Of a stretch of 32,000 bases of DNA, positions 25,686 through 32,000 are shown piece after piece; positions within the stretch are counted from its first letter, which is position 1, and every line of letters begins with the position of its first letter. A model generated the notes under the pieces. It worked only from the letters and a program-made list of their open reading frames with translations, had not been told where the DNA came from and ran no database searches. Position numbers and translations under genes: made by a program. Source of the DNA: Promethearchaeota archaeon (GTDB taxonomy: Archaea > Asgardarchaeota > Hermodarchaeia > Hermodarchaeales > Hermodarchaeaceae); the NCBI GenBank assembly GCA_048938295.1, contig JBHLMI010000007.1, positions 55,978 to 87,977 of the forward strand. The letters run 5' to 3'.

Positions 25686-26906
25686 ATGGAGATTATCCGA
25701 CATGAATTGCAACGCCCATCTGTATTCATCGATGAGGCGAAGCTGTCCATTGATTATGTTCCTCCCAACCTCCCCCACCGTGAGGAACATCTCCGTAAAT
25801 TAACGCAGTTGTTTCGTGGCGTCGTCGAGGCACCCGGTCAAGTGTCACAAAAGGTAATCATTATCGGTAATACGGGATCAGGGAAGACCTCAGTCACTAA
25901 ACTGTTTGGAAAACTGCTCTGCGAAGTGGCGAAGAGCCACGGCTTTAATCTGGTATACGTGCATGTGAATGCGCGTCGTGAACGAACCGAATACATGATT
26001 CTGAACAAGATCCTCTCTGCCTTTCAGAGAGGAATACCGCTTCGTGGGTTATCAGCACAAGAATTGCTTTCAATCATTTTGGAGTATATTGAATCGAATA
26101 ATCTCTACCTGCTAGTCACGTTAGATGAGCTTGGGGTGTTCCTCAAGCGTCGTGGAGAAGAGATACTCTATCTCTTGTCACGCACGGTGGATGATCAACT
26201 CAATGCCCAACAGCGCATCTCCCTGATTGGCATAAGCCGTGATCCATTGTTCGGCTTCATCCTTGACCCGAGCACCTGGAGTACTCTACAGAAGAATGTC
26301 CTTCATTTTAATCGCTATGATTCACGTCAGCTTCGAGATATCTTGGAGTTTCGGGTAAAAGCGGCAGTGTTGGACGGCGCAGTACCGGCGAGTACAATCG
26401 ATCTAATCGCCGATATCGCAGGCGCCTCTGGAGACGCACGTTACGCCTTGGAGCTGCTCTACAACGCAGGCAAAGTAGCCGACGAGAAAGGAGTGCTTCG
26501 GATACTGCCTGAATATGTACGGAGCGCGAAGGCGTTCATTACGCCGGAAATACGACGCGAAGTCCTTGTCGATTTATCGCTGCACCGTCTTTTCCTTCTG
26601 CTTGCGGTTTGCAGATTGTTAAAGCCTTCAGAAGATGCCTACATTACCACTGGCGACCTTGAAGCTCGTTACGAGCTTATCTGTGAAGAGTATACACGGA
26701 GCCCCCGCGCCCATACCCAGGTATGGACATATATCCAAGACCTTGTGGGGCTTGGGATTCTCACTTCAAAGATCTCCGGTACTGGACAACGCGGAAAAAC
26801 TACGCTAGTTAGTCTCCCTGACATTCCTGCGGCTGTCCTAGAACATGAGCTGGAATTACTCCTTGAGAAACGGAGAGTTGGTGCTAAAGGTGGTCGAAGA
26901 AACTAA
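25686..26906 (+). CDS. cdc6: Second Orc1/Cdc6 paralog
   Basis: YVPPNLPHREE, GNTGSGKT, VTLDE, SGDARYAL, HTQVWTYIQDL...GQRGKTT winged helix. Confidence 0.92.
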   Translation: MEIIRHELQRPSVFIDEAKLSIDYVPPNLPHREEHLRKLTQLFRGVVEAPGQVSQKVIIIGNTGSGKTSVTKLFGKLLCEVAKSHGFNLVYVHVNARRERTEYMILNKILSAFQRGIPLRGLSAQELLSIILEYIESNNLYLLVTLDELGVFLKRRGEEILYLLSRTVDDQLNAQQRISLIGISRDPLFGFILDPSTWSTLQKNVLHFNRYDSRQLRDILEFRVKAAVLDGAVPASTIDLIADIAGASGDARYALELLYNAGKVADEKGVLRILPEYVRSAKAFITPEIRREVLVDLSLHRLFLLLAVCRLLKPSEDAYITTGDLEARYELICEEYTRSPRAHTQVWTYIQDLVGLGILTSKISGTGQRGKTTLVSLPDIPAAVLEHELELLLEKRRVGAKGGRRN

Positions 26907-27210
26907 CACTACACTCATCGCGCAGATACCCAATGCGTCTCCAATCCCTGTCGAAATTCTCTTTTCCTCCCGGGGTCGGATCAAGATAATTCGTCTTCTA
27001 GCGGAATGCGGGGAATTGAACATCTCTGAGATTGCGAGGCGAACACAGTTGAACCATAGTACCACACGAAGACATCTTCTGTTCTTAGAACGTGCAAAAC
27101 TTGTTCAAGAGAAAACCTTTGGTCGAATTCGGATATATCGTTACAAAATTGAGAATCTACGGGCGCTCGCGCTTCGACGATTTATTGAACTCTGGGAAAA
27201 GTCGGAGTGA
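26845..27210 (+). CDS. ArsR-like winged-helix protein (true start probably downstream of 26845)
   Basis: LFSSRGRIKIIRLL...ELNISEIARRTQLNHSTTRRHL...KTFGRIRIY. Confidence 0.82.
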   Translation: MSWNYSLRNGELVLKVVEETNTTLIAQIPNASPIPVEILFSSRGRIKIIRLLAECGELNISEIARRTQLNHSTTRRHLLFLERAKLVQEKTFGRIRIYRYKIENLRALALRRFIELWEKSE

Positions 27211-27218
27211 AACGAGTA

Positions 27219-28448
27219 TTAGTCTTTGAGGAGAAATTGGATTAATTCGTCTGTTAGCTCCAAATTTCTCGTAATCTCTTCTTTCAGACCATCGGTTTCT
27301 ATTAGAGCTTTAAGTACAATTTTGTATTCTTCGTAGGCTTTCTTAGAGGAAAGATGTACAATTGGCGAAAGTGATTGGCCAATTAAGGCGCGCTTTTGAC
27401 GGAGTCCTCGAGAAAATCCCATCTGGCGAATCCATTCGGGGAAGCTATATTCTGGGTGTGTTTCAGCAGGCTTTCCACCTAATATGGATGCGGATAGGCT
27501 CATGAGCTCTTTAGAATAGGGAAGTAATCTCCAGTTTTGTGTTTGTTTCATTCGTTGATTGTGGATGCTTGCTTTTGACAGTATTGCCAATCCTTTCTCT
27601 TGTTGTGCTAGATTAGGAAATACAAGAGGCAGATTGTTGCTTACCCACCTGAGTAATTCATCAGGGTATGCATCGGTTTGGTTTGCCGCATAAATGGCAT
27701 CGTTCCAGGTTTTGGCATAGAAAATTCGGTCAAGAGCCTCATTGATGTCAATCGTTTGGTCTCTTGCGTTAAGAAGCTCGGTTACTCTTTCAGTAGTGAT
27801 TGTTGACCCCCTTTCGGCAAGACGCTGCAAATCGTTAATGGCCGCTCGAAGATCACCGCGAGACCCTAAGGCCAGTTGCTCCAATGCCGCTCTATCATAT
27901 TTGAGTGCCTCCTCATGGCAGATACTTTGAAGCTTATCGGCGATTTCCGAATTTGATATTAGCTGAAACTCAATATATGTGCACAACTTTCGCAAGGGGC
28001 TGATTTTAGCATCTGTAACATCGTTTGTGATAAGTATGATTGGCACTTGCGTTTCTATGACATAATCTTTGATTGCCGAAGTTGCCCCTCTATCGGATTT
28101 CCCACTAAGTCCTTCCAGTTCATCGATTAGGATTACACGTCCTCGTTCGCTTGTGAGGGTTCTAGTCATTGTTGAGATTTTCAGCAATTCGTTCATCAAT
28201 TTCTTGCTGCGTTTCACACTCGAATTTATCTCAAAAACCTCATAACCCACTTCGTTGGCAATTGTATATACTGCTAGGGTTTTTCCAACTCCAGTAGGAC
28301 CAAAGAGCAAGAGTGCACGTTGGTTACGTAAGACGCTTTTAGGCCATTTTTGCAACCATTCTAAAATCCTAGAAGTAACTGTCTTGTTTCCAACTAGGTC
28401 CTTCGTGTGGCGGGGCTTGTATTTTTCAACCCAAGGTTGGTCTATCAT
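27219..28448 (-). CDS. rfcL: Replication factor C large subunit
   Basis: PWVEKYKP, GPTGVGKT, EINSS, LIDE, GDLRAAINDLQ, QNWRLLPY. Confidence 0.92.
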   Translation of the reverse strand: MIDQPWVEKYKPRHTKDLVGNKTVTSRILEWLQKWPKSVLRNQRALLLFGPTGVGKTLAVYTIANEVGYEVFEINSSVKRSKKLMNELLKISTMTRTLTSERGRVILIDELEGLSGKSDRGATSAIKDYVIETQVPIILITNDVTDAKISPLRKLCTYIEFQLISNSEIADKLQSICHEEALKYDRAALEQLALGSRGDLRAAINDLQRLAERGSTITTERVTELLNARDQTIDINEALDRIFYAKTWNDAIYAANQTDAYPDELLRWVSNNLPLVFPNLAQQEKGLAILSKASIHNQRMKQTQNWRLLPYSKELMSLSASILGGKPAETHPEYSFPEWIRQMGFSRGLRQKRALIGQSLSPIVHLSSKKAYEEYKIVLKALIETDGLKEEITRNLELTDELIQFLLKD

Positions 28449-29419
28449 TTTTGAAAATCACTTGACTGCGCTAATAGAGAAAATCTCGCTAATATGTGAC
28501 TTAGCTGAATTTCAGGATCTGCGCCTTCGGTTAAGCGGAATTCCGCCTCTCCTACCATATCTACCATTTGTACCTTCACCGATTCATCAATACCTAGTTT
28601 CAATACTTCTCGGTGTATCTGTCGAATGATGTCGGTTCCGGATAGTCCCTGCCAAATCAATAGATTGCGTAGTTTCTCTTGAGCGTCTAAGAATTTGCCG
28701 TTGAGTGCTGATTGAAGTATCTGGTGAATATCCTCTGGTCGCGCTTTACCTGTCGTCGCAAACACGGCATCTGCATCAACCTGTTTCTTAATGACTGAAG
28801 CGGCTTGAAGAACGTTAATTGCACGCCGCATGTCCCCTCCTGATACATATAATATCGCATCGAGGCCTTCTTCAGATGCTTTGACCTGCTCTTTCTGTGC
28901 GATGAAACTCAATCGTTTACGTATTTCCTTTTCGTCTAATCGTGGAAAGCGAAAAATGGCACACCGGGATTGGATGGGATCAATTATTCGACTCGAATAG
29001 TTACAAATTAGACAAAACCTGCAGCTAGAAACATATCGTTCCATAGTCCGACGCAAAGCATGTTGCGCATCCCGCGTCAAGCTATCCGCCTCATCCAGGG
29101 AAATAATCTTGAATGGGACATCACCCAAGGGGCTGGTTCGTGCGAAGCTTTTTACTCGGCTTCGAATAACATCGATCCCACGCTGGTCCGACGCGTTAAG
29201 CTCTAAAAAATTTCCCTGAAATTGATCGCCATAGAGTTCATTGGCAAAGGCGATGATTGCTGTGGTTTTTCCTGTTCCTGCAGGGCCGGCAAACAGAAGG
29301 TGTGGTAAATCACTTTCGACTAGGAATTTTTGCAGTCGGTCTGTTATTGGTCGTTGACCTATAACCTCTTTAAGCTTCTTGGGGCGGTATTTCTCTGTCC
29401 ACATCCAATGCTCTGACAT
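28445..29419 (-). CDS. rfcS: Replication factor C small subunit (start taken at MSEHW)
   Basis: WTEKYRP, GPAGTGKT, ELNASDQRGID, LDEAD, ALRRTME, IQSRC, GDMRRAIN. Confidence 0.95.
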   Translation of the reverse strand: MSEHWMWTEKYRPKKLKEVIGQRPITDRLQKFLVESDLPHLLFAGPAGTGKTTAIIAFANELYGDQFQGNFLELNASDQRGIDVIRSRVKSFARTSPLGDVPFKIISLDEADSLTRDAQHALRRTMERYVSSCRFCLICNYSSRIIDPIQSRCAIFRFPRLDEKEIRKRLSFIAQKEQVKASEEGLDAILYVSGGDMRRAINVLQAASVIKKQVDADAVFATTGKARPEDIHQILQSALNGKFLDAQEKLRNLLIWQGLSGTDIIRQIHREVLKLGIDESVKVQMVDMVGEAEFRLTEGADPEIQLSHILARFSLLAQSSDFQK

Positions 29420-29492
29420 GTACTCTTTAACCTCATGGTAATTGTAAGGTGCTCTTCGATTAAGCTTTCGACAGTACAACAGGCATTTCTTT

Positions 29493-30593
29493 TTAATGTG
29501 ATACGATGCGTTTGGTCGATCGTTTCATTCTCAAGGTTAGAATTGAACTTCCGATTGTCAAACAACCAATGGTAACAAGGCTAATTTGGTGAAGCACAGA
29601 AATCCAAACATAGGCTGGGGTTGGCTCGATAGACTGAGTAAAGGGATTATAGGGCGGGCTAGCAATGATCCCTACGATGGCTTGTGCTCCACTATATCGG
29701 AGAATAAGGTAACGGCTATTGTGAAGCGCTTCAGCGGATTCATAGAGGTCGAAGCGGAATTTTCCGTCATTTTCAGTTCGAGAAAACGAGAGAGATTGAC
29801 CTGAATCGCTCGTCAGTTCAATTGAGGCGTTAGCGATACCCGTGTTTGTGGGGGTGATTAATCTGCCACAAAGAGAATAGCCGTGTGAAGGATGCCAAAA
29901 CGAGGGAAGGCCAACGAATAAGGCTGTGACATTTTCAAAAAACACTTGGATTACATTTTCAGTTTCATTATAGTACCCTTGGTTCAGACTTTTGATTCTG
30001 AAGGTGGCTACAGGGCTTAGAGTGCGATTCAAAGTACAACGCAATACAAGGGATCCGTTCTGGGGGGTATTCTTTTCCGCGAGAATCATGCCCGGTTCTA
30101 AAATTAGTTGGACTGTAATACCTTCCATTGGTTCCATGTTATCATCGGTTACTTGGGTGTGAAAAAGGAGTTCTTGTCCAATTTGAACCCTCGATTCAAT
30201 TGGAACACCGTCATCATCAGTGACGTTCAAGTAATTCTGAAGCTGTGCATAGATGGTCAAAGGAATCGGAACCATGCTTGGAAGAAGAAATCGCTCTGGA
30301 TCTCCTCGGAACGTTGCATTTAACTGAACTGGACCTAGCGAATGTAAAGCAGGAATTGCCCAGATGAACTGCGCGTGCCCCGTTGAATTTGTCGTGACGG
30401 TACCCAGATACATATCCTGCGTTTCGTGAAAGAACAGAACTGTAGCATTTTCAATAGGGAGACCACTCTGGCTTCGAAGTTGCACTGTTAAGGGGATTGA
30501 TGTTCCTCTGAATGCACTAGTTTGAAGGGAGGGAACAGGGATTGGTGCTGGTGCCAATGCTGAGAGAATCAAGAATGCCAAGAGCACCTTCAT
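29493..30593 (-). CDS. Secreted, membrane-anchored protein with Ig-like beta-sandwich repeats (start taken at MKVLL)
   Basis: Signal peptide MKVLLAFLILSALA, TTNSTGHAQF/LNATFRGD Ig-like strands, NxS/T sequons, C-terminal TM and basic tail. Confidence 0.75.
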   Translation of the reverse strand: MKVLLAFLILSALAPAPIPVPSLQTSAFRGTSIPLTVQLRSQSGLPIENATVLFFHETQDMYLGTVTTNSTGHAQFIWAIPALHSLGPVQLNATFRGDPERFLLPSMVPIPLTIYAQLQNYLNVTDDDGVPIESRVQIGQELLFHTQVTDDNMEPMEGITVQLILEPGMILAEKNTPQNGSLVLRCTLNRTLSPVATFRIKSLNQGYYNETENVIQVFFENVTALFVGLPSFWHPSHGYSLCGRLITPTNTGIANASIELTSDSGQSLSFSRTENDGKFRFDLYESAEALHNSRYLILRYSGAQAIVGIIASPPYNPFTQSIEPTPAYVWISVLHQISLVTIGCLTIGSSILTLRMKRSTKRIVSH

Positions 30594-30613
30594 TTGAATC
30601 ACTTCATCACCAC

Positions 30614-31978
30614 CTATATCCAACTTCCTTGACTCAACTTTGCTCGGGGGTCAATAGCGGCAATTTTAGCGTTTTCCACAACGATGGGATCTCTCCAGGT
30701 CCAGCTGCAACTCTCCAAGTCGAAGGTTTCAAAGGTTAGGGGCCATCCGCCATTTTCAGGACCAGTAATGAAGACATCAGATGGGGTGTGGATGTATTTG
30801 CTGAGATAGTAGCGAATCAGAGAAAAAGAACCAGGTGGTAGCGTTGTGTAGACGAAGAACTCGTTTTCATGGGTCTGATATTTGGTAAGCTGTCTTATCC
30901 ACGCTTGGGGCAGCTCGTTGACGATTCCAAGTAATCGCTCGTCATTTTCCTTCACCCGAATAATGACGTCTTCGAGTAATCCTATTCTTCTTATCAGAGG
31001 TGTAGGTTGTATCACACCGAGTTCTATCAGTTTGGATCTTCGACGACTAACTTGAGATATACTCATTCCCGCGATAGCTGCAAGCTTTTCTAGCTTTATT
31101 CTGGCGTCGGGTGCTAGCAACGGTATCAATCGCTTATCTTTACTGTCTGGAACGTAATACCGGTGTGTTCGTGGGCGTGTATCATCGTGAACCGTTGGTT
31201 GAAGATTAAGACAGCGGTTGTGAAGAAGATGCGCGCCGATGAATAGTTTCTGCCAGTTAATCGTCCATCGTTTTTGATCGATTTTGTAGTGTGTGAACTC
31301 GACTGTTCGTCCTACGTCTTCAACTAGAAACAGAGTATATGTTGTTCCAAAATTAGAGCGGAGAAAACCGGAAAGCTGTGTAAGCCGTTCCTTTGGCACA
31401 GCCATAAAGTATAGTGTTCGTCTTACGTTACCTGCGAGTTCAATATACGAAAGCATGTAAGGGCTTTGAATCGAAGCATTTGTATCATGAAGTTCAATGA
31501 AAACCGGAACCAATCCTAGACTTTGATAATTCACCTGAGCAAGTATTCGGCATATGTTTAATCGCCGCAACCGGTTCCAACGGCTGCGTGTTTTCTTGTA
31601 AGAACTACCTAATAATCGGGCAAGTGCAGGAATGGTAATCATTGGCATGTTGCTGAAAGCTTTGATGATGTGAATGTCAAGGGAAGATAAAGGAAACACC
31701 GTGAATTTGCACAACTCAGTAGCCAAGTTCCAAAACTGCTCGACAGACAATGGGGCGGCTGTGCACTTCGCGATCGATTGTAGCAAAACAATTATACGAT
31801 CAAGGAATTGCCCATCCAGTTTTCCATCCCATTCGATGAAATCAGCTACTCCTCGATACCCGCCGGGTTCAAATCTCACCTTGAACTTGGTAAAGGATGA
31901 ATCCATACAACTACGAAGCCAATCAATTTTGCCTGAGAGCTTATTATCAAAGAATACTTGGAAATCCTCTCTTACCAT
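30614..31978 (-). CDS. Multi-domain winged-helix regulator, paralog 3 (lacks the WREA N-domain)
   Basis: Two clear HTHs (IPALARLLGSSYKKTRSRW; LEKLAAIAGMSISQVSRR), NYQSLGLVP, TFDLESCSWTW. Confidence 0.8.
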   Translation of the reverse strand: MVREDFQVFFDNKLSGKIDWLRSCMDSSFTKFKVRFEPGGYRGVADFIEWDGKLDGQFLDRIIVLLQSIAKCTAAPLSVEQFWNLATELCKFTVFPLSSLDIHIIKAFSNMPMITIPALARLLGSSYKKTRSRWNRLRRLNICRILAQVNYQSLGLVPVFIELHDTNASIQSPYMLSYIELAGNVRRTLYFMAVPKERLTQLSGFLRSNFGTTYTLFLVEDVGRTVEFTHYKIDQKRWTINWQKLFIGAHLLHNRCLNLQPTVHDDTRPRTHRYYVPDSKDKRLIPLLAPDARIKLEKLAAIAGMSISQVSRRRSKLIELGVIQPTPLIRRIGLLEDVIIRVKENDERLLGIVNELPQAWIRQLTKYQTHENEFFVYTTLPPGSFSLIRYYLSKYIHTPSDVFITGPENGGWPLTFETFDLESCSWTWRDPIVVENAKIAAIDPRAKLSQGSWI

Positions 31979-32000
31979 TTCTGGTAAAATAGGCGGAATC

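Noticed and set aside
506-31978. Numerous short (60-160 aa) ORFs overlapping the confident genes
   Set aside because: Antisense or out-of-frame shadows with no motifs

Overview
Archaeal chromosomal window, most likely from an Asgard archaeon (inferred from an OSTC/DC2-like oligosaccharyltransferase subunit; Bathyarchaeia not excluded). It is a replication and repair hub. A probable origin (oriC) with four ORB boxes and an AT-rich unwinding region lies upstream of cdc6/orc1. Nearby are the PolD small subunit DP1, a second cdc6, rfcL/rfcS, radB, xpd, valS, carS, hypF, a MoxR-vWA pair and four tRNAs, one of them tRNA-Ile(GAT) with a non-canonical D-loop intron. Best candidate for an undescribed system: an ExeA/TniB/MuB-like AAA+ ATPase with a C-terminal winged helix, followed by a ParG-like ribbon-helix-helix gene. 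This pair sits in the middle of six arrays of a 9-bp palindromic iteron (TTCAWTGAA) that occupy nearly every intergenic gap from 5.1 to 13.4 kb, the last array touching an ORB. This layout suggests a non-ParA, origin-linked segregation or organisation module (inference). Second candidate: a ~215-nt GC-rich, multi-hairpin minus-strand RNA opposite tRNA-iMet that I cannot assign to a known family. No database searches or folding programs were run; all calls are from reading the sequence.
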